A stretch of DNA of 64,000 nucleotides, taken from positions 32,001 through 96,000 of the forward strand of contig CAVVCZ010000007.1 in NCBI GenBank assembly GCA_963746845.1. Direction: 5' to 3'. Origin of the DNA: an uncultured Chloroflexia bacterium. GTDB taxonomy: Bacteria; Chloroflexota; Limnocylindria; Limnocylindrales; CSP1-4. Below, piece by piece: positions 1-8,252 of this stretch. The notes beneath the pieces were generated by a model that did not search any database, was not told the DNA's origin, and was given only the letters and a program-made list of their open reading frames with translations. A program made the translations under genes and the position numbers. How positions within the stretch are numbered: the first letter of the stretch is position 1; the number at the start of each line of letters is the position of its first letter.

Positions 1-16
1 TCGAAAGGAGGCGCAG

Positions 17-82
17 ATGGCGCTTTGCACGGAGATCCGGCCGTCCCGGATCCATCCGATCGTCGGGGAGGGCTCCCGATGA
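17..82 (+). CDS. Putative 21-aa leader peptide (MALCTEIRPSRIHPIVGEGSR)
   Basis: Strong SD AAAGGAGG at 4-11, ATG at 17; TGA 80-82 overlaps ATG 79 of the next gene (ATGA). Confidence 0.45.
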   Translation: MALCTEIRPSRIHPIVGEGSR

Positions 83-759
83 CTCGGCCTCGGTTCCGCA
101 TCGCCACGGCGGCGATCGCGGCAATCCTCCTCGGGTCGGCGATGGCAAGCGGCGTGGCCGCGCATCGGGGGGACCGCTCGGACTGGTTCGACCTGGTCCG
201 GGCCGCCTTCGCGACCGCCCGGTTCCACTCCCTCGACGTCGCCGGTCGTGCCGGCTACGCCCTGCCGGACGCCCCCGCCCCGCTCCACGAGTGCATCTCG
301 AACGGTGCCGAGGGCGCGATGGGCTTCCACTACATCAAGGGCAGCCTGCTCGACACGACCCTGAATCCCACCCAGCCCGAGGCGCTCGTGTACGCCCCGG
401 ACCGGCACGGCAGGCTCCACCTGGCCGCGCTCGAGTTCGTCGTCTTCCAGGACGCCTGGAACGCCGAGCATCCCGACACGATGCCGGAGCTCTTCGGCCA
501 GATGTTCATGCCGGTGAACGCGGCGCCGGGCCACGGCAGCAACACGGTCTTCGACATCCCACCGTTCTACATGCTCCACGTGTGGCTGTGGGACTTCAAC
601 CCGTCGGGCCTGTTCAACCCGTGGAACCCGCGCGTCTCGTGCGACAACGCCGTGTCCGCTTCGGCCGGCTCGTCGATCGCGACGCTTTCGTCCACGCGCG
701 CCGTCGCGGCCGCGGCCGGCGTCAAGTTCGCCTGCGCCATGAAGCCGCAGACCGCGTAG
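79..759 (+). CDS. Secreted hypothetical protein
   Basis: Signal-peptide-like N-terminus (MTRPRFRIATAAIAAILLG..VAA); motifs GAMGFHY, PEALVY, LHVWLW..NPSGLF..NPRVSC; GC-rich third positions. Confidence 0.8.
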   Translation: MTRPRFRIATAAIAAILLGSAMASGVAAHRGDRSDWFDLVRAAFATARFHSLDVAGRAGYALPDAPAPLHECISNGAEGAMGFHYIKGSLLDTTLNPTQPEALVYAPDRHGRLHLAALEFVVFQDAWNAEHPDTMPELFGQMFMPVNAAPGHGSNTVFDIPPFYMLHVWLWDFNPSGLFNPWNPRVSCDNAVSASAGSSIATLSSTRAVAAAAGVKFACAMKPQTA

Positions 760-780
760 CTGCCGACTTCTCTCGCCGAG

Positions 781-830
781 ATCGCCGCGTCGCCCCGCTG
801 TCTCTCCCGCCAGCGGAACGGCGCGGCGAT
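781..830 (+). terminator. Long GC-rich stem-loop after the secreted protein gene (possible terminator/REP)
   Basis: ATCGCCGCGTCG..CCGCTG pairs with CAGCGG..CGGCGCGGCGAT; no U-tract. Confidence 0.4.
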
Positions 831-919
831 TCCGTGTGTCGCCCGCGGCGCAGGTGTCGCTACGCGGTCAAGGTTCCACCGGAGTGGGTCGCCAGGCCGG
901 CTCCGCGAAATGCGCCGCG

Positions 920-1165
920 TGCCAGATCGACATGGGGCGTCGACTACCTCTCGATCGCGGCTGAATGACTGACAGATCGACACTGGGCGTCGGTTGGGCC
1001 GCGTCGAGGGCCAATTCGAACATCGTCCGGCTCGTTCTCACGCACGTTCGATCCGGATTCGCCTCCGATTGGCCGCCTCCAGCCGACCTCCTCGACACGG
1101 GGTGTCGATCTGGCACCGAATCCGCCGGGTCCGGCCGGTAGTCGACACCGGGCGTCGATCTGGCA
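920..1165. repeat. Four-unit palindromic repeat element 1 (REP/REPIN/MITE-like)
   Basis: G(C/A)CAGATCGAC-N7-GTCG units start at 921 and 971 (+) and at 1114 and 1164 (-); 50-bp period, symmetric about 1042.5. Confidence 0.85.
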
Positions 1166-1281
1166 GGAATCGGTGCGGACGCACGCCGAGCCGCGCCGCG
1201 GGCGAGCCGGCGACGTCGGCCGGTCCCAACGGGTAGCATCCTGCGACCGACCGCGTGCCCAATCCCCGGAGGCGGAACCCC

Positions 1282-2160
1282 GTGAAGCTCGGCATCCAGA
1301 TCCCGTCGTTCACGTGGCCCGGCGGCCCCGAGGCCATCGGGCCCACGCTCGCCCGCGTCGCACGCCAGGCCGACGACATCGGCCTCGACTCGATCTGGGT
1401 CATGGATCACTTCTTCCAGATCCGCGGTGTCGGGCCGGCGGAGGATCCGATGCTCGAGGGCTGGACGGCGCTCGGATTCCTCGCGGCGAACACGACGAAG
1501 GCGCGTCTGGGGCTGATGGTCGGCGGCGTCCATTACCGCCTGCCCGGCCTGTGGGTGAAGGCGGCGACGACGCTCGACGTGCTGTCGGGCGGACGGGCCT
1601 GGCTCGGGATCGGAGCCGCCTGGAACGAGGACGAGTCGCGGAGCCTGGGCTTCCCGTTCCCGCCGCTCGGCGAGCGGTTCGAGATGCTCGACGAGACGCT
1701 CCAGATCGCTCACCAGATGTGGCAGGGGGAACGCGGGACAGAAGGCCGGTTCGACGGCCGCCACTACACGGCGACGCGCCTGATGAACTCGCCCCAGTCG
1801 ATCTCGCGGCCGCGCGTCCCGATCATGATCGGCGGCGGCGGCGAGCGGAAGACGCTTCGGCTGGTCGCCCAGTACGCCGACGCGACGAACGTCTTCGGCG
1901 GGCCCGAGGCGATCCACCACAAGTACGAGGTCCTCCGCGGGCACTGCGAGGAGGTCGGTCGGGACTACGACGAGATCGAGCGGTCGAACCTCCAGACGAT
2001 CAACCTGGGGCGCGACTCGGCGCAGCAGATCGTCGACCGGTTCGGGGAGCTGGCGGACGCCGGAGCCCAGCACATCATCGCGAGCGTGGCCGCGATCCAC
2101 GATCCGGCGCAGCTCGAGGCGATCGGCCGCGACATCGTGCCCCACGTCAAGGCCCTGTAA
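1282..2160 (+). CDS. LLM class F420-dependent oxidoreductase
   Basis: WVMDHFFQI, LEGWTALGFLAA, TTLDVLSGGRAWLGIGAAW, GGGGERKTLRLVAQYAD; GGAGG SD before GTG. Confidence 0.9.
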   Translation: MKLGIQIPSFTWPGGPEAIGPTLARVARQADDIGLDSIWVMDHFFQIRGVGPAEDPMLEGWTALGFLAANTTKARLGLMVGGVHYRLPGLWVKAATTLDVLSGGRAWLGIGAAWNEDESRSLGFPFPPLGERFEMLDETLQIAHQMWQGERGTEGRFDGRHYTATRLMNSPQSISRPRVPIMIGGGGERKTLRLVAQYADATNVFGGPEAIHHKYEVLRGHCEEVGRDYDEIERSNLQTINLGRDSAQQIVDRFGELADAGAQHIIASVAAIHDPAQLEAIGRDIVPHVKAL

Positions 2161-2197
2161 CCGGGCCCCACGACCCGGCCCGTCGAGGCGATCGCCT

Positions 2198-3007
2198 CTA
2201 GCCCGAGACCTCGGCCCGCTCCGTGAACAGTGCCGTCACGAGGAGCGCCCCGATCAGCCACGCCGCCACGACGAGGAGCGCGGTATTGGGGTCAAGCCGC
2301 ACGAGCGTCGCGCCGCCGTCCCCGCCGCCGCCGAAGCTGCCGGACGTCGCCACGACCGCATTCGCCGCGTTGAACGGCAGGTACCGGACGATGTCCGGGA
2401 GGAAGATCGAGGCGAACTGCTCGCCGAAGTAGACGGCGATTCCGACCCCGATCCCCGCGAGCTGGCTCCGGGCCAGTGTGGCGATCGCGAACCCGAGGGC
2501 ACACGCCTCGGTCAGGGCCAGCCAGCCCCGGGCGAGGAGCTCCGGGAAGGTCTTGATCGTGTCCGCGTCGCCGATGCCCGTGGTGGGTACACCGGCCAGG
2601 CCCGCGGCGATGACCGCGACGACGATCCCGATCGCGAAGGCGACGACCAGCCCGATGCCCACGACGACGGCGATCGACGCGAACGAGCCGAGCTGGTACA
2701 GGCTCCGGCTCTCGCCCCGGGCGACAGCCGCCTTCAGCGTGCCCCAGGTCCACTCGGAGCCCGCGATCGCCGCGCCGAAGATCATCGCGAACAGCCCGCC
2801 GAGCCCGAGGATGAACGACAGGAGGAGCGCGTAGGCACCCGGGAACGTGACGAGGAGCAGGGCCTGCCGGCCGCCGTTCGGGCCCTGGCGGGCGGTCGCG
2901 CCGACCGCGATGTAGATCAGGGCGAGCAGGCCGACGAGCAGCCCGAACGTGACCCATGTGGCCGGCCGGCGCGCGAGCTTGCGGAATCCGCCGAGGAAGA
3001 TCCTCAT
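2198..3007 (-). CDS. ABC-2 type exporter permease
   Basis: About 6 TM segments, GSEWTWGTLK motif; overlaps the ATPase stop. Confidence 0.85.
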   Translation of the reverse strand: MRIFLGGFRKLARRPATWVTFGLLVGLLALIYIAVGATARQGPNGGRQALLLVTFPGAYALLLSFILGLGGLFAMIFGAAIAGSEWTWGTLKAAVARGESRSLYQLGSFASIAVVVGIGLVVAFAIGIVVAVIAAGLAGVPTTGIGDADTIKTFPELLARGWLALTEACALGFAIATLARSQLAGIGVGIAVYFGEQFASIFLPDIVRYLPFNAANAVVATSGSFGGGGDGGATLVRLDPNTALLVVAAWLIGALLVTALFTERAEVSG

Positions 3008-3987
3008 GGGGCGTCCGTCTTCTTCACGGACGCGCCGGCAGTCCCGAAGAAGGTCCCCTCGTGGCCGCCGTTCTCGTCACCGGTCAGCTCGAGGAACAGG
3101 GACTCGAGGTCGCTGCCGCTCTCGATCCCGGAGGCGTAGATGCCGGCGGTCGCGAGCGCCCGGTTCAGCTCGGCGGCCCGCTCCGAGCCGATCCGCAGCG
3201 ACAGCCAGCCGTCGGTCCCGTCGGCCGTGGCCGGGGTGCCGGGAACGAGTCCGTCGAGGATCCGCCGGGCGGGCTCCACCTCGCCCGGCTCGACGCGGAC
3301 CCGGACCACGCCCTCGCCGGCGAGCAGGGTCCCGATCGGGCCCTCCCGAACGAGACGGCCCGCGGCGATGATCCCGAGCACGTCGGCGAGCTGCTCCACC
3401 TCACCCAGGATGTGGCTCGACACGAACACGGTCTTGCCGCTCGCGGCGAGCTGCTTGAGGAGCTCGCGCATGGCCACGATCCCCGCGGGGTCGAGGCCGT
3501 TGGCCGGCTCGTCGAGCAGGAGCAGGCGCGGATCGCTGAGGAGCGCGGCCGCGATCCCGAGCCGCTGCTTCATCCCGAGCGAATAGGTCTGCACCCGGTC
3601 GCCGGCCCGGTCGCGCAGCCCGACCAGCTCGAGCAGCTCCTCGATCCGGGTGTTCGACGTCTTCGCCCCGGTGGAGGCGAGCGACCTCAGGTTGTCCCGC
3701 GCCGACAGGTACGGGTAGAACGAGGGCGACTCGATCAGCGCCCCGACCTCGAACAGGTGCCGTCGATCACGCCGACCGAACGGGAGGCCGAGGAGCTCGA
3801 TCGTTCCCGCGTCGGCATGGATCAGCCCGGTCAGGAGCCGCATCGTCGTCGTCTTGCCCGCGCCATTCGGCCCGAGGAACCCGTACACGACGCCGGTCGG
3901 CACGGACAGGTCCAGGCCGGCGAGCGCGGTCCGCGAGCCGTAGCGCTTGTGGAGCCCGCGCGTCGCGAGGGCGAGTCCTTCGGTCAA
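3004..3987 (-). CDS. ABC exporter ATP-binding protein
   Basis: GPNGAGKTT, YSLGMKQRL, LLLLDEP, SSH. Confidence 0.95.
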   Translation of the reverse strand: MTEGLALATRGLHKRYGSRTALAGLDLSVPTGVVYGFLGPNGAGKTTTMRLLTGLIHADAGTIELLGLPFGRRDRRHLFEVGALIESPSFYPYLSARDNLRSLASTGAKTSNTRIEELLELVGLRDRAGDRVQTYSLGMKQRLGIAAALLSDPRLLLLDEPANGLDPAGIVAMRELLKQLAASGKTVFVSSHILGEVEQLADVLGIIAAGRLVREGPIGTLLAGEGVVRVRVEPGEVEPARRILDGLVPGTPATADGTDGWLSLRIGSERAAELNRALATAGIYASGIESGSDLESLFLELTGDENGGHEGTFFGTAGASVKKTDAP

Positions 3988-4091
3988 GGGGATCTCCGGG
4001 GCGGGACCGGCTGGGCTGCCGACCGTCCTCTCGATGCTGGCGGGCCGCGATGCCGGCTGTCAACCCGCACGGGCGAACGCCCGAGTGGACG

Positions 4092-4108
4092 ATACCCCCT
4101 GGGAGTAT
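4092..4108. promoter_or_regulatory. CsoR/RcnR-family-like operator upstream of trxB
   Basis: ATAC-CCCC-T-GGGA-GTAT: C/G tracts flanked by ATAC/GTAT, just upstream of extended -10 TGCTAGGAT. Confidence 0.55.
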
Positions 4109-4132
4109 GCATCCCGTGCTAGGATGACGAGC

Positions 4133-5338
4133 ATGACCGACGAGCCGAAGCAGCCTGTTACGCCTGACGGCGCGACGCCGGAGGACGCAACGGGGGACCC
4201 GGTCGACCCCTTCGCCGGCCTGACGATCGACTTCGGTGGCGGCGCCGGCGGCGCGGGGGATTCGGTCCCGGCGAACGGCAACGGCATCGGTCCGATCTCG
4301 TTCGGTGACCCGATCGTCTTCAACGCCCCCGCCCTGCCCCGGCCCGGCCGCCCGATCAGCGACGTGGACGACGGCACCGCCCGCGACGAGACCCGGACGA
4401 AGCTCCTGATCATCGGGTCGGGACCGGCCGGGCTGACCGCCGCGATCTACGCGTCACGGGCGAACCTCGAGCCGATCGTCCTCGCAGGGATCGTGCCCGG
4501 CGGCCAGCTGATGATCACGAGCGACGTCGAGAACTACCCGGGCTTCCCCGAGGGCATCCTCGGCCCGGACCTGATGGCGAAGTTCCGCGAGCAGGCCGAG
4601 CGGTTCGGAAGCCGGATCTTCGACGTCGACGTCGACCGGGTCGACTTCTCGGAGCGGCCGTTCCGGGTATGGGCCCGTGGCACCGAGTACAAGGCCGACT
4701 CCGTCGTGATCGCGACCGGCGCCTCCGCCCTGTGGCTCGGCCTCGAGAGCGAGACGCGGCTCCGCGGCCGCGGCGTGTCCGCCTGCGCGACGTGCGACGG
4801 GTTCTTCTTCCGGGACAAGGAGATCGCGGTCGTCGGCGGCGGCGACACGGCCCTCGAGGAGGCGACCTACCTGACCCGGTTCGCCTCGAAGGTCCACCTG
4901 CTCCACCGCCGGGACGCGTTCCGGGCGTCGAAGATCATGGTCGACCGGGCCTACGACAACCCGAAGATCGAGGTCCACACGAACACGGCGGTCGACGAGG
5001 TCCTCGGCGGCGCCAAGGTCGAGGGGCTGCGCGTCCGCAACACGACGACCGACGCGGTGACCGACGTCCCGATGGAGGGGCTCTTCGTCGCGATCGGCTA
5101 CCGGCCGAACACCGAGGTCTTCCGGGACTGGCTCGACGTCGACGAGAAGGGCTATCTCGTCGTCCACGACGAGACGGGCTCCAAGATCGACGGCGTGTTC
5201 ATCGCCGGCGACGTCCACGATCACCGCTACCGCCAGGCCGTGACGGCGGCCGCGGACGGGTGCAAGGCGGCGATCGACGCCGAGCGCTGGCTCGAGGCCG
5301 AGGGGATCAGCGAGGCGACGACCGCCACCGCATGGTGA
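4133..5338 (+). CDS. trxB: Thioredoxin-disulfide reductase with ~85-aa N-terminal extension
   Basis: IIGSGPAGLTAA, GGQL, ENYPGF, CATCDG, GGGDTALEEA, HRRD, AGDV; TAGGAT 7 nt before ATG. Confidence 0.95.
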   Translation: MTDEPKQPVTPDGATPEDATGDPVDPFAGLTIDFGGGAGGAGDSVPANGNGIGPISFGDPIVFNAPALPRPGRPISDVDDGTARDETRTKLLIIGSGPAGLTAAIYASRANLEPIVLAGIVPGGQLMITSDVENYPGFPEGILGPDLMAKFREQAERFGSRIFDVDVDRVDFSERPFRVWARGTEYKADSVVIATGASALWLGLESETRLRGRGVSACATCDGFFFRDKEIAVVGGGDTALEEATYLTRFASKVHLLHRRDAFRASKIMVDRAYDNPKIEVHTNTAVDEVLGGAKVEGLRVRNTTTDAVTDVPMEGLFVAIGYRPNTEVFRDWLDVDEKGYLVVHDETGSKIDGVFIAGDVHDHRYRQAVTAAADGCKAAIDAERWLEAEGISEATTATAW

Positions 5339-5410
5339 GACGGGCCGCCCTCACCCGGCCGTCCGCCCACTCGTGACCCCCACCCCACCGTTCCGCGGCG
5401 CCCCTCGTCG

Positions 5411-7618
5411 ATGAGCGGCGTCTCGCCCGAGGAACCGCGGGCCGGCGGCGACTTCCGCCCGGAGCTGGAAGGGCTGCGCGCCGTTGCCGTCGCGCTCGTC
5501 CTCGCCTACCACGCGGGTGTCCCGAAGATCCATGGTGGCTACGTCGGCGTCGACGTCTTCTTCGTCCTGTCCGGGTTCCTGATCACCGGTCTGATCGTCC
5601 GCGAGCTGCGCTCGACCGGCGGGGTCGATCTGCCGGGCTTCTACGCCCGACGGGCACGACGTCTGCTGCCGGCGGCCCTGGTTGTCATCGCGGCGACCCT
5701 CCTCGCGTCCGTCGTCCTGTTGCCGCCGCTCCGGATCCCGGATATCGCCGGCGACGCGGCCGCGTCCGCCCTGTACGTCTCGAACATCCGGTTCGCCGCC
5801 CAGGCCACCGATTACCTCGCGAGCGACCTCCCGCCGTCGCCGTTGCTCCACTTCTGGTCCCTCGGGGTCGAGGAGCAGTTCTACTTGTTCTGGCCCGCCC
5901 TGCTGCTCGTGCTGGTCCGGTTCGGGATCCCGATCCGCCGTCTGGCGGTCGCCCTCGCCGCGGTCGCGCTCGGGTCGTTCGTCCTGTCGCTCGTGCTCAC
6001 GACCGCGTCCCAGCCGTGGGCCTTCTTCTCGCTCCCGACCCGGGCCTGGGAGCTCGCCATGGGCGGGCTCCTCGCGGTCTCGACCGAGCGTCTGGCGCGG
6101 CTGCGACCCGCGGCGGCCGGCGGGCTCATCGGCGCGGGTCTGGCCCTGATCGCGATCGCGGGCGTGGTCCTGGAGTCGTCCACCCCGTTCCCGGGCGTCG
6201 CGGCACTCCTCCCGACCGTCGGGGCGGCCCTCGTGATCGGGGGCGGCGTGGCCGGGGCGGCCACGATCCCGGCGCGGTTCCTCGCCACGAGCCCGATGCG
6301 GTTCCTCGGGCGGATCTCGTACTCGCTGTACCTCTGGCACTGGCCGATCCTCGTCCTGCCGGCGGCCGCGATCGACGGCGAGCTGGCCCTGCCCGTGCGG
6401 CTCGGGCTGGCCGGCATCTCGATCGTCGTGGCGATCGGGAGCCAGCGCTGGATCGAGGACCCGGTCCGGCGCGGCCGGCTCGTCGGCCGGCGGGTCGGGC
6501 GGACCCTGGCCCTCGCGGGTTCGGCCAGCCTCGTCATCGCCCTCCTCGCCGTTGGGGTCGGGTCCGCGGCCACGGCCGCCCTGCCGCAGAGCGCGGCGGC
6601 GATGCCGGACGATCCGACGCTCCTGCCGGCGGACCCGTTCGCCATCCCGTCGGGATCGGCGTCGTCGCCCGCGTCGTCCGGACCGGTGGCACCATCCGGT
6701 TCGCCCGGTTCGCCCGGTTCGCCCGGTTCGCCCGGTTCGCCCGGGTCGAGCGGGTCGCCCGCGTCGCCAGCGCCGTTCGTCCGACCCCCGACGCCGGGCG
6801 GCGCGGTCCCGGCGAACCTCACGCCGTCGCTCGCCGCGGTCCGCGCTGACGCCCCGGTCATCTACGGCGACGGCTGCCATCTCGACCAGCCGTCCACGAC
6901 CCCGAAGACGTGCGTGTTCGGAGACGCGAGCTCCACGACGACAGTCGTCCTGTTCGGCGACTCGCACGCCGCCCAGTGGTTTCCGCCGCTCGTCCGGCTC
7001 GCGAACGTCGAGGGCTGGAAGCTTGTCGTGCTGACGAAGTCCGCCTGCACCCCGGCAGACGTCACGGTCTGGAACCCGACGTTCGACCGCGCGTACAGCG
7101 AGTGCGACGCCTGGCGTGACAAGGCCTTCGCCATCATGGCCGCAGACCATCCGGCGCTCGTGGTGATGGCGATGTCGCGGGGCTACACGATCGTCGACGG
7201 CGGGACGAACCGGACGGTCGCGGAGGCGCCGGGGCTCTGGGATGCTGCGATCGAGCGGAGCCTCACGAAGCTCACCGCGGCCGCGGACCATGTCGCGCTG
7301 ATCGGCGACACGCCCCGCCCAGCCGGGGACGCTCCGGTCTGCGTCTCGAAGCACCTCGACGACGTTCTCGCCTGCGCGCGACCCTCATCGTCGTCCCTGT
7401 CGGCCTCCCGGACGGCGGCCGACCGCCGGGTTGCGGCGACCGCCGGTGTCACGTTCGTCGACCCTTCGCCGTGGGTCTGCCCGACCGAGCCGTGCCCCGT
7501 CGTGATCGGCCAGTACCTCGTCTTCCGGGACAGCCACCACCTGACGACCGCATTCGCGACGGCCCTCTCGCGACGGCTCCTCGACGCGCTCCCAGCCGAC
7601 CTGCCGCGGACCCCCTGA
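5411..7618 (+). CDS. Acyltransferase-3 + SGNH hydrolase (OafA/OatA-like O-acetyltransferase)
   Basis: FRPELEGLRAVAV, GVDVFFVLSGFLIT, HFWSLGVEEQFY, GRISYSLYLWHWP; GDSHA and DSHH in SGNH domain. Confidence 0.92.
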   Translation: MSGVSPEEPRAGGDFRPELEGLRAVAVALVLAYHAGVPKIHGGYVGVDVFFVLSGFLITGLIVRELRSTGGVDLPGFYARRARRLLPAALVVIAATLLASVVLLPPLRIPDIAGDAAASALYVSNIRFAAQATDYLASDLPPSPLLHFWSLGVEEQFYLFWPALLLVLVRFGIPIRRLAVALAAVALGSFVLSLVLTTASQPWAFFSLPTRAWELAMGGLLAVSTERLARLRPAAAGGLIGAGLALIAIAGVVLESSTPFPGVAALLPTVGAALVIGGGVAGAATIPARFLATSPMRFLGRISYSLYLWHWPILVLPAAAIDGELALPVRLGLAGISIVVAIGSQRWIEDPVRRGRLVGRRVGRTLALAGSASLVIALLAVGVGSAATAALPQSAAAMPDDPTLLPADPFAIPSGSASSPASSGPVAPSGSPGSPGSPGSPGSPGSSGSPASPAPFVRPPTPGGAVPANLTPSLAAVRADAPVIYGDGCHLDQPSTTPKTCVFGDASSTTTVVLFGDSHAAQWFPPLVRLANVEGWKLVVLTKSACTPADVTVWNPTFDRAYSECDAWRDKAFAIMAADHPALVVMAMSRGYTIVDGGTNRTVAEAPGLWDAAIERSLTKLTAAADHVALIGDTPRPAGDAPVCVSKHLDDVLACARPSSSSLSASRTAADRRVAATAGVTFVDPSPWVCPTEPCPVVIGQYLVFRDSHHLTTAFATALSRRLLDALPADLPRTP
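6696..6740 (+). repeat. 9-bp tandem repeat (CCGGTTCGC)x5 encoding a GSP linker
   Basis: Five perfect copies plus a degenerate sixth. Confidence 0.95.
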
Positions 7619-7638
7619 CGACCGCTATCCTCGACGAC

Positions 7639-8130
7639 GTGACGCGTCAGCGATCCGCGGTCCTCGTCCATGAAGGCGGGATGCGGTTCCAGGCCACGAC
7701 CGGGACGGGCCGGACGATCCTGTTCGGGGACGACGTCGCGTTCAACGAGCTGTCGCCGGTCGAGACGCTGGCCGCCGCGCTCGGCGCGTGCTCGGCGATG
7801 GACGTGGTCTCGATCCTGACGAAGAAGCGCCAGCGGGTCACGTCCTACCGGATCGAGGTCAGCGGCGAGCAGCGCGACGAGTACCCACAGGTCTACACCC
7901 GGATGGACGTCACGCACGTCGTCGAGGGTACGGTGCTGCTCGAGACCGCCGTCCGGCGTGCGGTCGAGCTGTCCGCGCTGAAGTACTGCCCGGTGAACGC
8001 GATCCTGTCGGCCGGCGCGACCGAGGTCCACCACCACTACCGGATGCGCTGCACGGGGGCCGAGCCGCATGAGGGCGCGGCCGAGGTCACCGTCACCGGA
8101 CCGGAGCGTCGACCGACCGTCGTCGCCTGA
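7639..8130 (+). CDS. OsmC family protein
   Basis: SPVETLAAALGACSAMDVVSIL and KYCPV two-Cys motifs; TATCCT 7 nt before GTG. Confidence 0.9.
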   Translation: MTRQRSAVLVHEGGMRFQATTGTGRTILFGDDVAFNELSPVETLAAALGACSAMDVVSILTKKRQRVTSYRIEVSGEQRDEYPQVYTRMDVTHVVEGTVLLETAVRRAVELSALKYCPVNAILSAGATEVHHHYRMRCTGAEPHEGAAEVTVTGPERRPTVVA

Positions 8131-8156
8131 GGCCCACCGCGCAGGCCACGGTTGCG

Positions 8157-8195
8157 CTTGCATGACTATGCGGTTGCGATGTATAGTCATGCGGT
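8157..8195 (+). promoter_or_regulatory. Tandem ARG boxes overlapping the arg operon promoter
   Basis: TGCATGACTATGCG (8159) and TGTATAGTCATGCG (8180), 21-bp period; -35 TTGCAT 8158, -10 TATAGT 8182. Confidence 0.85.
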
Positions 8196-8252
8196 GATGG
8201 TTGACGTCCGTCGGACCGTGCCTTCGATCGCGTCCCCCGGGAGGGGACCGGC

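Noticed and set aside
1015-1052. LexA (GAAC-N4-GTTC) boxes at the centre of element 1
   Set aside because: Only half-sites (TCGAAC, GTTCGA) with non-matching partners
921-1164. CRISPR array
   Set aside because: Only four degenerate units, uneven gaps (21/86/21), arms conserved in mirror fashion, no cas genes in the window
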